Positions 17,702-26,258 of a stretch of DNA of 35,516 nucleotides are shown in pieces. Source of the DNA: an uncultured Caulobacterales bacterium. Lineage in GTDB: Bacteria; Pseudomonadota; Alphaproteobacteria; Caulobacterales; Parvularculaceae. The notes beneath the pieces were generated by a model that saw only the letters and a program-made list of their open reading frames with translations, ran no database searches and was not told the origin of the DNA. A program made the position numbers and the translations under genes. Each line of letters begins with the position of its first letter. Positions within the stretch are counted from its first letter, which is position 1. Where the stretch lies: contig CAYSMJ010000005.1 in NCBI GenBank assembly GCA_964432075.1, positions 1 through 35,516 on the forward strand, in the 5' to 3' direction.

Positions 17702-17828
17702 TTTTCCTCCATTCCAGAACAATGGTCCTGTTTTTCGATGCTTTCCAGCCCTTTGCAGTCCACCGGTTTTGTGCGATGCAACAAAAGCACTGCAGGTGTT
17801 TTGGTGGCGTTTTGCCTTTCAATAGCGT

Positions 17829-17857
17829 AAAATAAAAACAGACGTGAATGTTTTTTT
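17829..17857 (+). promoter_or_regulatory. Operator-like motif, site e (AAAATAAAAACAGACGTGAATGTTTTTTT), in the divergent SDR / TetR gap
   Basis: Same architecture as site a. It ends 26-32 nt upstream of the candidate TetR starts at 17884 and 17890. Confidence 0.6.
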
Positions 17858-17883
17858 CTGTCTTTCAGGGTTCGTGTGTCGGG

Positions 17884-18579
17884 ATGGTTATGCGGGAAGA
17901 GCGAGGCGCCAAAAGCGCAAAACTACAAAACAGTTTCGAGATCGGGCGCCAGGCCCAGAAAAGTGCATCGACCCGCAAGGTGATCGTGGAGGCGGCTCTG
18001 CAGTGCCTGATCAAATATGGTTATGCTCAGACAACGACGCCGAGGATTGCGGCGGAGGCCGGCCTGTCGCGCGGCGCCATGATGCACCATTTTTCAAATC
18101 GCCTCACCGTGATCCAGGCCGCGATCGAGCATCTCCACAATAAGCGTCTGCGGGCCTTTCAGCGCACCATTTCGACGCTGCCCAAAGATCGACCACCCGT
18201 TCATGATGCCTTGCGCGCTTACTGGCGTCAGGCAACCCACCCGCTGTTTACGGCCTTCCATGAACTGGCGGTTGCCGCGAGGACAGACCGGGAACTCGAC
18301 AAAATCCTTCGTCCGGCAAAAGAAGCCTTCACGCAGGCCTGGCGCGAACTCGCCGTCGAGCTGTTTCCGGAATGGCAGAGCGAGCCCGAAAAATTCGAAA
18401 TCGCACTCGACCTTGTTCAGATCACGCTTGAAGGGCTTGCCATCAGCCGGTTGTCCGCGCCAGTTGATGAAGCCGCTGAAGAACGGCTGTTTGACTATCT
18501 CGAAGACAGCATTCGGGCCTTGATGCCGGCGCAACCGGTCGGCAGTGCAAGGACCGGCAGGAAAGCGGCCAACGCCTGA
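17884..18579 (+). CDS. TetR/AcrR-family transcriptional regulator
   Basis: N-terminal HTH RKVIVEAALQCLIKYGYAQTTTPRIAAEAGLSRGAMMHHFSNRL. The start is placed at MVMREE, because the earlier track starts overlap operator site e. Confidence 0.85.
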   Translation: MVMREERGAKSAKLQNSFEIGRQAQKSASTRKVIVEAALQCLIKYGYAQTTTPRIAAEAGLSRGAMMHHFSNRLTVIQAAIEHLHNKRLRAFQRTISTLPKDRPPVHDALRAYWRQATHPLFTAFHELAVAARTDRELDKILRPAKEAFTQAWRELAVELFPEWQSEPEKFEIALDLVQITLEGLAISRLSAPVDEAAEERLFDYLEDSIRALMPAQPVGSARTGRKAANA

Positions 18580-18597
18580 GCCACAAACGAGGGATCC

Positions 18598-19518
18598 GTG
18601 ACAGCATCATTGATTTTACACCATCACGATCCCTCACCCTTCGCGGAAAAAATCCGGGTCCTTTTCGGCATCAAGACCCTTGCCTGGCAATCTGTTCAGG
18701 TCCCGATGGTCATGCCAAAACCGGACCTCACGCGACTTACGGGTGGCTATCGCGGCACCCCGGTCTTACAGATCGGCTCCGATATTTTTTGTGATACAAG
18801 ACTGATTGCGTTGACCATTGAAGAACGGTTTCCCGTCCCTTCCGTCTTCCTGACCGGCCCGCTCTTCAATTTCGGGCTCCAGCACTGGTCTGATGAAGCC
18901 ATGTTCACCCCGGGCTCTGCGTTAGCGCTCCATGAGAATTCCAAGGCCCTGCCATCGGCGGTATCGAAGGATCGAAAGGCCTATTTCGACCACCTGGATT
19001 TCGCCGCCTTTAAAAAAGATGCGCCCAATTTCCGGGCCCAGTTCGGTGCTCAGGGTGCATTGATCGATCGGCAACTCAGCGATGGCCGGGCCTTTCTTTC
19101 CGGGGATACGCCTGAATGGGTCGACCTTAATGCCTATTTCAACGTCTGGATGGCAGACGGCCATATTCCGAGCGCCCAAACCCTGTTCGCCGAATTTGAT
19201 CATCTGCCGGCGTGGCACGACCGCATGAAAGCCCTTGGCCACGGAACCCGCCAAGAGATCAGCGTATCAGATGCGCATGCCATTGCCCGCGATACCGCCC
19301 CGGAACCGGTCAAGGCGGGCGCAGCCTGGGCCGAGCCAACCGGGCTTGTGCCGGGCGATGCGGTCGTCGTGACAAACATGCACAACGCGCCCATGGCCGT
19401 GTCCGGCAAACTTACTGCCGTCAGCGCAAGCGAAATTGTTCTGCACCGCGAAGACAGCGACCTCGGGGCCCTGGCCGTCCATTTTCCACGGATCGGCTAT
19501 CGGCTGCAGCGGGCTTGA
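18598..19518 (+). CDS. Glutathione S-transferase-like protein with a C-terminal extension
   Basis: Thioredoxin-fold N-terminus (SPFAEKIRVLFGIK...TPVLQIGSDIFCDTRLI). GTG start with GAGGG 5 nt upstream. At 306 aa it is about 80-90 aa longer than a canonical GST. Confidence 0.65.
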   Translation: MTASLILHHHDPSPFAEKIRVLFGIKTLAWQSVQVPMVMPKPDLTRLTGGYRGTPVLQIGSDIFCDTRLIALTIEERFPVPSVFLTGPLFNFGLQHWSDEAMFTPGSALALHENSKALPSAVSKDRKAYFDHLDFAAFKKDAPNFRAQFGAQGALIDRQLSDGRAFLSGDTPEWVDLNAYFNVWMADGHIPSAQTLFAEFDHLPAWHDRMKALGHGTRQEISVSDAHAIARDTAPEPVKAGAAWAEPTGLVPGDAVVVTNMHNAPMAVSGKLTAVSASEIVLHREDSDLGALAVHFPRIGYRLQRA

Positions 19519-19537
19519 CGAATAGACTTTCCGCCTG

Positions 19538-19564
19538 AAACAAACAGAGCTGATTGTTTTTTTT
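19538..19564 (+). promoter_or_regulatory. Operator-like motif, site f (AAACAAACAGAGCTGATTGTTTTTTTT), upstream of Rieske-3
   Basis: Same architecture as site a. It ends 57 nt upstream of the ATG at 19622. Confidence 0.6.
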
Positions 19565-19621
19565 CCTGTCCGTGCTAGTCTTTCTCGAAATCGCAAACAG
19601 TCGACAACAGGGAGAAGTGCC

Positions 19622-21019
19622 ATGGCGGACGGATTCAAACGCGACTTTCAAGCGAAATGGCCGATGGATCTCGGCGCACCCGAGGGCAGCCTTGAGGCAA
19701 AACAGCCGCGCCCGGCAGATCTCGGCCTTGATATCCCTTCCCCGGATCGCTATTACTCCCGCGCTTTCATGGAAAAGGAATGGACCCATCTGTGGCCAAA
19801 AGTCTGGCTACTGGCCGGTGTCACTTCGGATGTTCCGGAAGCCGATGATTTCATTCTGTTCACGCACGGTCACGAGCAGTTTATCATTACGCGGCAGGGT
19901 GATCAGACCGTCAAAGCATTCTACAATGTTTGTCCGCACCGGGCGAATCGGGTCTGTATGGCCGAGCATGGCAACGTTCCGAAATTCACCTGCCCCTTTC
20001 ACGGCTGGCAATTCAACCACGATGGCTCCCTTGCAAGGATTACGGAGGAGGAAACCTTCGAACCCGGCTTAATCAGCCACCGGCCGGGGTTGACCGAGGT
20101 CCGGTGTGACCAAATCGGTGGTCTGATTTTTATCAACATGGACGGCAAAGCCCCGCCGCTCAAAGAGTGGATCGGTCTGCCTGAGGGCTATATTGAGGGT
20201 TACGAAATCGACAGCATGAATGTTGTCAGGCACGTGCGAACAGAATGGCTGGCAAACTGGAAAACCGGGCTCGACGCTTTTTATGAAACCTACCATTTGC
20301 CCCATATCCACCCACAAACCCAGGGCGTGATGGAAGACTACAGCCAAATTGATCTTTATCCGAACGGTTTTTCCCGCATGATCGTTCCCATCGGGGTAAA
20401 ATCACATCGGGTCAAGGATCGTGATCAGATTGATCCCTACCAGGCGCATATGATGATGGAAGCCGGCCTCGACCCGGAAACGTTTACTGGAACTGCGGAA
20501 GAAGTCCGCGAAGCAATCCAGGTAGCAAAACGCACCCGGGGAAAACGGCTTGGTCTCGATAATTACGACAAAATGACCGACGGTCAGTTGACCGATAGCT
20601 GGGCGACAGGCTTCTTCCCCAATGTTCAGATCGGTATGCACCCCGAGGGCGTTTTCATAATGCGATTTGCTCCGCACCCAACAGATCCTGAGCGGTTTTA
20701 CTATGACAATATGACTTTGTTCCGCCATGTCGACGATCCGGGCTATACGGTGCCGGCATGGATGGGCTTGCCGGAAGGGACCGAGATCGACGGTACTTTC
20801 CGTCCAGATATTGAGCATTTTGCCGCCGGAGAGAAAGCCGATCTTGGTGAAGTGCTCGATCAGGATGTGGAATTGGTCCACGCGGTACAGGAAGGTGTTC
20901 GTTCGCGCGGCTTCAAAGGGCCATTATGGTGCGAACAGGAAGACCGGATCCGCCATTTTCATCGCGAACTGGACCGGTATATCAATGACGAAAAGCAGGA
21001 GGCGGCTCCTCGCCAGTAA
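19622..21019 (+). CDS. Rieske [2Fe-2S] ring-hydroxylating oxygenase, alpha subunit (paralog 3)
   Basis: CPHRANRV...CPFHGW and NWKTGLDAFYETYHLPHIH. GGGAGAAG RBS. Confidence 0.9.
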   Translation: MADGFKRDFQAKWPMDLGAPEGSLEAKQPRPADLGLDIPSPDRYYSRAFMEKEWTHLWPKVWLLAGVTSDVPEADDFILFTHGHEQFIITRQGDQTVKAFYNVCPHRANRVCMAEHGNVPKFTCPFHGWQFNHDGSLARITEEETFEPGLISHRPGLTEVRCDQIGGLIFINMDGKAPPLKEWIGLPEGYIEGYEIDSMNVVRHVRTEWLANWKTGLDAFYETYHLPHIHPQTQGVMEDYSQIDLYPNGFSRMIVPIGVKSHRVKDRDQIDPYQAHMMMEAGLDPETFTGTAEEVREAIQVAKRTRGKRLGLDNYDKMTDGQLTDSWATGFFPNVQIGMHPEGVFIMRFAPHPTDPERFYYDNMTLFRHVDDPGYTVPAWMGLPEGTEIDGTFRPDIEHFAAGEKADLGEVLDQDVELVHAVQEGVRSRGFKGPLWCEQEDRIRHFHRELDRYINDEKQEAAPRQ

Positions 21020-21296
21020 CGCAAATCCGACCTGACAAATTGCTGTTGCATAAGCATGGATCTGCGCGGTTAGAGCATCATTAACGGGGTTCTCGCTGGG
21101 CGAGTTGTAACGCTGCATGACCTCGATGAGGTCAAACTCCGCCTCCGCCGATACTTCAATGCCAACACATTGGCGCACCGACCGGAGATTGGTAATATCG
21201 TTGAGGGCGCATGCGTTCAATCACGATGGATCCGGTCGTCCAGCCCTGCTCATGGCCTCGCCCTCTGCCCCCAGGGCAGGATATTTGCATTGAGCG

Positions 21297-21373
21297 TGGC
21301 GTCCCCGACAGGATTCGAACCTGTGGCCCTCAGATTAGGAATCTGATGCTCTATCCTGCTGAGCTACGGGGAC
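21297..21373 (-). tRNA. tRNA-Arg (anticodon CCT)
   Basis: Manual cloverleaf: acceptor GTCCCCG/CGGGGAC, D stem GCTC/GAGC, anticodon stem TCAGA/TCTGA with loop TTCCTAA, T arm ACAGG-TTCGAAT-CCTGT, encoded CCA. Confidence 0.9.
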
Positions 21374-21382
21374 TGACACCAC

Positions 21383-21411
21383 ACAATATCAACGCCGCAG
21401 AACGATGACAA
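21383..21411 (-). promoter_or_regulatory. Candidate sigma-70 promoter of tRNA-Arg (TTGTCA-N17-TATTGT)
   Basis: Read on the minus strand. The -10 hexamer ends 9 nt before the mature tRNA 5' end. Confidence 0.45.
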
Positions 21412-21454
21412 TTCGTGAAATAGTATCGATTGCAGACATTGGCGGCTGCGACAC

Positions 21455-21488
21455 AAAAAAACGGCTGCGTCTTGGGGAAACGCAGCCG
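21455..21488 (-). terminator. Intrinsic terminator (minus strand)
   Basis: CGGCTGCGT-TTCCCCAAG-ACGCAGCCG (9-bp GC-rich stem) followed by T7 on the minus strand. Confidence 0.8.
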
Positions 21489-21532
21489 CTACTCACTATG
21501 GGGTATGGTGGGGTATCTTCTTGGGAGAAGAT
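21455..21532 (-). ncRNA. Candidate ~80-nt sRNA (5' hairpin, C-rich linker, terminator), or alternatively the 3' UTR of the RND operon
   Basis: Minus strand reads AUCUUCU-CCCA-AGAAGAU, then ACCCCACCAUACCCCAUAGUGAGUAG, then the terminator hairpin with loop UUCCCCAAG and U7. A possible TTAAGA-N16-TAAATA promoter lies immediately upstream. No convincing ORF here. Confidence 0.3.
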
Positions 21533-21830
21533 ATTTACACAATGCGCTACACTTCTTAACAAGAGATTAACAGGCAAAATATTGTTTGGGATTTTTTTCT
21601 GACGGCAAGTTTTGAAGCGTACCGGCGCGCCGCACTGGCCTACTTAGAGCGCGTTCACCAAGAGTGTGGACGTCGATGGTTGCCATCCATCGACTTGGTT
21701 TCGAACGCGCGACCGCTGAAAAATCTGGGCTGCATTTTTGATTCAACAACAAATATACGCAGTCTGACACCGCAAATCCTGCCGATTATTGTGGAAATGC
21801 AGATCCAGCCTTCCCAATCCATTCCGACCA

Positions 21831-24800
21831 TTATTCAGCAGGATCGACCAGCGGGTTCTGGCGTGTTCCGACGGCGGATACGGGTTTCGCGGCGGGAGCA
21901 GTCGCATAACCGTGATCCTTCGAAACACCCTCGCCCACGGCCGGTTGTTTCTCACCCGTCCAGACGCCCTTGATGAAGCGCGTGATATCGGCACCCAACA
22001 GGTACATGGATGGCACAAACAAGAGCGTTACAAAAGCGGCAAAGAAAATGCCAAACGCCATGGAAACGACTGTGGGTTTGAGAAACTGCGCATCAATGGA
22101 CTGCTCAAGCATGATCGGCACAAGGCCGATAAAGGTCGTGACCGAGGTCAGGACAATCGGTCGGAAACGACCCGTGCCCGCCCTGACGAGCGCCTCCAGT
22201 GCGCCAGCCCCTTCCTTACGCAGACGATTGACATAATCAATAAGCACAAGATTGTCGTTGATAACAACACCGGCCGCCGCGCCAATGCCGAAAATCGAAA
22301 ACAGGCCAAGCTCCACCCCGATCAGAAAATGGCCGATCAAGGCCCCCATGAAGCCGAAGGGGATCGCCGTCATGATCAGGAGCGGCTGGAAATAGGAGGC
22401 AAACGCAATCGCAAGCAGCATATAGATCGCGAAGATGGCAATGATATAGAGATTGGAAATCTCCTGATTTAATTCATCCTGTTGCTGCGCTTCACCGCGC
22501 TGGACCAGTCTGACATCCGGATGTCGGCGTTCCCAGTCGGGCTGAAATTCATCCCTGAATTGCTGCATGATCTGACGGCGTTCATATCCTTCCGCCAGTT
22601 CTGCCCTGAGATTCGCTGAGCGGGTTCGGTCATAACGACGGATGCGCTTGAAGCTCGGCGCAAACTCAATGTCAGCCACAGCCGAAAAAGGCACCTCGCG
22701 GCCATCGGGCGTGCGAATAAACAGGCGTGAGACCGTAGCAAGATTTTCCCGGTCCGCTTGTGGCAGACGGACGATCACGCGAACGTCATCGCCTCCGCGC
22801 GGAAGACGCTGTACTTCCTCACCAAAGAACGCCTGCCGGAGCTGGTTTGAAACGTCGGCCAATGTAAGACCAAAACGCTCCGCACCCGGCTTCAGAATAA
22901 TCCGCAATTCATCAGTCGCAGACTGAAGATTATTCTGGATATCGAAAACACCCGGGACCGATCGCAGATAGGTCTGGAGATCGAGAAGCGCAAGCCGGAT
23001 TGCCTCCAGGTCGTTACTTTCAAGACCAAAAGAGATGGCTGCCCCGTCATTATTTAATTCAAAGCTGATGTTCAGCTCATCCGCATCGGGAATTTCACCA
23101 AGATATTTGCGGAAAGTGTCGGCAACGATTTGGGCGGAAACATTACCGCGATCCTGCGCCTCCAAAAGGCGAAGAAACCCACCTGCATAACCGTCATTTG
23201 CCCGCATAAAAATACTGGAGACGATGGGTTCCCCTTCATCGTTCTTCAATTCCGTCCGGGTTTTGTCGGCAGCCTCAAGAAGTTTCTCATAGACCTGGGT
23301 GACCCGATTAAACGATGTACCTTCGACCATATTGATATCGATATCAAGGAAAGGCGCCTGAATTGAAGGGAAGAAACTTGTACGGATGTAGCCGAAATTC
23401 AAAAGCGAAATAACGACGACAAAACAAACAACAAAAAACGTCACCGTCCGGCCGCGCGCCTTCAGTAACGACGTTAGAAAGGGTGCATACACCTTGTTGG
23501 CAAACACGACAATACCGTCAGCAAAGACCCGCTGGACGCGATAATACCATCCTTGTTTGTTTTGTGGTGACATATGGGCAAGGTGGGCAGGCAGGATCAG
23601 GAAGGATTCAACCAGCGAGAACGTCAGGGCGAGAATTATTGTCCAGCTGATATGCTTGGTAAACTCAGCTGTTCCCCCTGAAACGACAAGCCATGGCGCA
23701 AAGGCAATCATGGTTGTCAGAACTGCAAAAAATACCGGCTTGATTACCAATTGCGTGCCAACAAGGGCACCATTTATACCGGAATTCCCGGATTCCACCT
23801 CGTTGTGGATACTCTCGCCAACAATGATCGCATCATCAACCACAACGCCGGTGACAAGCAGAAAGGCGAACAAGGAGAGAATATTCAGGGAAACGTCGAC
23901 AACAGGCAGGAAGACAAAAGCCCCCGCAAAGGCAACACCAATGCCGATTGCCACCCAGAAGGCCACGAGCGGCCGCAAGAACAGCATCAGGATGATCAAA
24001 ACCAGAAACAATCCGAGAAGCGCATTCGAACCGACAGTCTGCAACCGGGAAAAATAAATCTCCGAATTATCATCGAGGATGGAAACACGGATATCGGGAT
24101 TTAACTCTTCATTCTTCTCGGCCATCCATTTGCGAACAGATTTCGCCATATCAACGACATTAAAATCCGTTGGCGGATTGATATACAAGAGGATTGCATC
24201 TTCCCCATCAAGCTGGCGGACCGAATTCCTGTCCTCAAAGCCGTCAACAACAGTCGCAACATCGCGCACCCGAACAACACCGCCATTAGAAAGTTGGCGG
24301 ATAATGATCGATTCAAATTCGGCCTCACTATCGGCAAGTCCCCTGGCCGCAATCTGAACGTCGCCGGTTTCGGTGCGCACCGTCCCGCTCGACTGGTTGA
24401 CGGACCGGCCACGGATGGCCCGCGCCACGTCCGAAAAGGTCAGACCATATCGCCGGAGCGCAGCTTCGGAGACCTCGATCGACACTTCTTCGTCCCGCGC
24501 GCCCCACAGGCCGACATTGGCACTGCCATTGGGGATTTGCGTAACTTCATCGCGCAGGCGCCGGGCAACACGGTTCAGTTCGCGTTCGTCGACATTGCCT
24601 GATATCGCAAGCAGGAACACACGTTCGGTTGCTTCCAACTGCCGAACCGTTGGTGGAAAGGCATCGGTTGGCAGGGTCGAAATGCCGTCGACCTCGTTTT
24701 TTAGTTCGTTAAGAACAGCATTAAAATCAGCGTCGGCGTCGACTTCAACGACCAGGTTTGCCTGTCCTTCCCGGGCCGTGCTCTCGATGTGTTTGATCTC

Positions 24801-25028
24801 GTCAATATCTGAAATCGCTTCTTCGATCCGCAGGATGATCTGTTCTTCAACCTGCTGTGGATCGGCCCCAAGCCAGGTGACATTCACCGACGCAAAAGGA
24901 AAGCGCGCGCTCGGGAAGACCTCGCGGTCGATTCCGACATAGCTGAGGAAACCGACAACCACACAGGCAATCATCAACAGGTTTGCGGCGACCGAATTGC
25001 GAGCCCACCAGCCTATAAAACCGTTCAT
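21831..25028 (-). CDS. RND efflux transporter, inner-membrane permease (AcrB/HAE-type)
   Basis: 1065 aa with the 12-TM RND architecture, two large periplasmic loops and typical N-terminal (NSVAANLLM) and TM4-region motifs. Last gene of the OMF-MFP-RND operon. Confidence 0.9.
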   Translation of the reverse strand: MNGFIGWWARNSVAANLLMIACVVVGFLSYVGIDREVFPSARFPFASVNVTWLGADPQQVEEQIILRIEEAISDIDEIKHIESTAREGQANLVVEVDADADFNAVLNELKNEVDGISTLPTDAFPPTVRQLEATERVFLLAISGNVDERELNRVARRLRDEVTQIPNGSANVGLWGARDEEVSIEVSEAALRRYGLTFSDVARAIRGRSVNQSSGTVRTETGDVQIAARGLADSEAEFESIIIRQLSNGGVVRVRDVATVVDGFEDRNSVRQLDGEDAILLYINPPTDFNVVDMAKSVRKWMAEKNEELNPDIRVSILDDNSEIYFSRLQTVGSNALLGLFLVLIILMLFLRPLVAFWVAIGIGVAFAGAFVFLPVVDVSLNILSLFAFLLVTGVVVDDAIIVGESIHNEVESGNSGINGALVGTQLVIKPVFFAVLTTMIAFAPWLVVSGGTAEFTKHISWTIILALTFSLVESFLILPAHLAHMSPQNKQGWYYRVQRVFADGIVVFANKVYAPFLTSLLKARGRTVTFFVVCFVVVISLLNFGYIRTSFFPSIQAPFLDIDINMVEGTSFNRVTQVYEKLLEAADKTRTELKNDEGEPIVSSIFMRANDGYAGGFLRLLEAQDRGNVSAQIVADTFRKYLGEIPDADELNISFELNNDGAAISFGLESNDLEAIRLALLDLQTYLRSVPGVFDIQNNLQSATDELRIILKPGAERFGLTLADVSNQLRQAFFGEEVQRLPRGGDDVRVIVRLPQADRENLATVSRLFIRTPDGREVPFSAVADIEFAPSFKRIRRYDRTRSANLRAELAEGYERRQIMQQFRDEFQPDWERRHPDVRLVQRGEAQQQDELNQEISNLYIIAIFAIYMLLAIAFASYFQPLLIMTAIPFGFMGALIGHFLIGVELGLFSIFGIGAAAGVVINDNLVLIDYVNRLRKEGAGALEALVRAGTGRFRPIVLTSVTTFIGLVPIMLEQSIDAQFLKPTVVSMAFGIFFAAFVTLLFVPSMYLLGADITRFIKGVWTGEKQPAVGEGVSKDHGYATAPAAKPVSAVGTRQNPLVDPAE

Positions 25029-25031
25029 GGC

Positions 25032-26258
25032 TTATCCTTTCGATCCGGCATCAGTGAGCGCAGCTTTTGCAAGACCCATTCGTGCAGCCATCTCCTCATC
25101 AAGTACCGGCGTAACTTCATTTCCCGCATCGTTGCCGCGCAAAGGCGAGACGACGATCCGATCCCACGTTTCGAGGCCTGACACTACGATTACCTTCGCC
25201 GACTCCACCGACGCCGTTTGTACGGTCCGACGTTCAAGAATGTTCTGGTCATTGACAATATAAACGAGGTCGCGGCCATAAAGCGCTGTCGTCGGGATGA
25301 CATAGGCGTTATCAATCGGGCGGCCCTTGATCGTTGCACTGACAAAGAGACCAATTGCCAACGGCACCCCGTTATCGGATCCCGCCCCGTAGGGATCTTC
25401 AACCACAACAATCGCACCGATCTGGCGGGTGGCCGGATCGATCGCGCCCTCGGTCCGCTTGATATGACCAAGCCACTGATTCTGCGAAGCCCCGACGAAG
25501 GCCTCGAGCAGGACCTCTGGACCCGGATCATCATCAGACGCCGTAAACGCCAAGGGCAGACGCAAGGTCGCAAGATCGCTGTCTGTCAGCGGCAGGCGGA
25601 TTTCGGCGACCTCGGTCGAAAAAACACGGCCAAGTTGGGCGCCGGGTGCGACAAACTGGCCCTGACCAACCGCCCGCGACCGCACACGACCATCAAACGG
25701 TGCACGGATGATTGTCCGGTCCAGATTGAGACGGGCCTCGCGTTCGTCGGCCTTGGATGCGTCATAATTGGCCTGCGCCTGGGCGAGCTGTGGTTTGCGC
25801 AAGGCCAGGTCTGATGGCGGCGAGCCATCGCCCAGCTCTTGCCAGTCACGGGCTGCAAGCTGGGATTCTGCCTCTTCCTGGCGCAAAACCTGTTCGGCCT
25901 GAGCAACACGGGCCTGGGCGCGGGTCAGCGCGAGGCGGTAATCAGTATCTTCAATCCGCAAGAGGACATCGCCAGCGTAGAACTGCCCACCATTGACAAA
26001 CTTTTCCGACAGGCTTTCTACCCTGCCCTGAACCTGTGCCGTCAGATTAATATCCGTCCGCGGCTGAACTTCGCCTTGTGTTACAACGTCGACTGTTGTG
26101 GTCTGGGGTCGCGCTTCAATGATGAAAACGCTTGGAGCCACGGTCTTGGTGATCCGCTCTTCAGGCTTGGGGCGCATCTGCTGCAAAAAAATAAGCAAAA
26201 AAACACCGGCGCCAATAATTGCGATAAATCCAAGAACAACACTGAGTTTACGGAGCAT
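25032..26258 (-). CDS. RND efflux periplasmic adaptor (membrane fusion protein)
   Basis: N-terminal TM segment, coiled-coil hairpin, and RTIIRAPFDGRV lipoyl/beta-barrel motif. GAGGAGG RBS 6 nt before the ATG at 26258; the track start at 26279 is a TTG. Confidence 0.9.
   Translation of the reverse strand: MLRKLSVVLGFIAIIGAGVFLLIFLQQMRPKPEERITKTVAPSVFIIEARPQTTTVDVVTQGEVQPRTDINLTAQVQGRVESLSEKFVNGGQFYAGDVLLRIEDTDYRLALTRAQARVAQAEQVLRQEEAESQLAARDWQELGDGSPPSDLALRKPQLAQAQANYDASKADEREARLNLDRTIIRAPFDGRVRSRAVGQGQFVAPGAQLGRVFSTEVAEIRLPLTDSDLATLRLPLAFTASDDDPGPEVLLEAFVGASQNQWLGHIKRTEGAIDPATRQIGAIVVVEDPYGAGSDNGVPLAIGLFVSATIKGRPIDNAYVIPTTALYGRDLVYIVNDQNILERRTVQTASVESAKVIVVSGLETWDRIVVSPLRGNDAGNEVTPVLDEEMAARMGLAKAALTDAGSKG

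Noticed and set aside
20924-21220. ORF 20924..21220 (minus strand, 98 aa) between Rieske-3 and tRNA-Arg, considered as a possible integrase or antitoxin remnant
   Set aside because: It overlaps the 3' end of the Rieske gene by 96 nt, and no tyrosine-recombinase or HTH motif is recognisable. It is kept only as context for the island hypothesis.
21211-21408. ORF 21211..21408 (plus strand, 65 aa)
   Set aside because: It runs straight through the tRNA-Arg gene.
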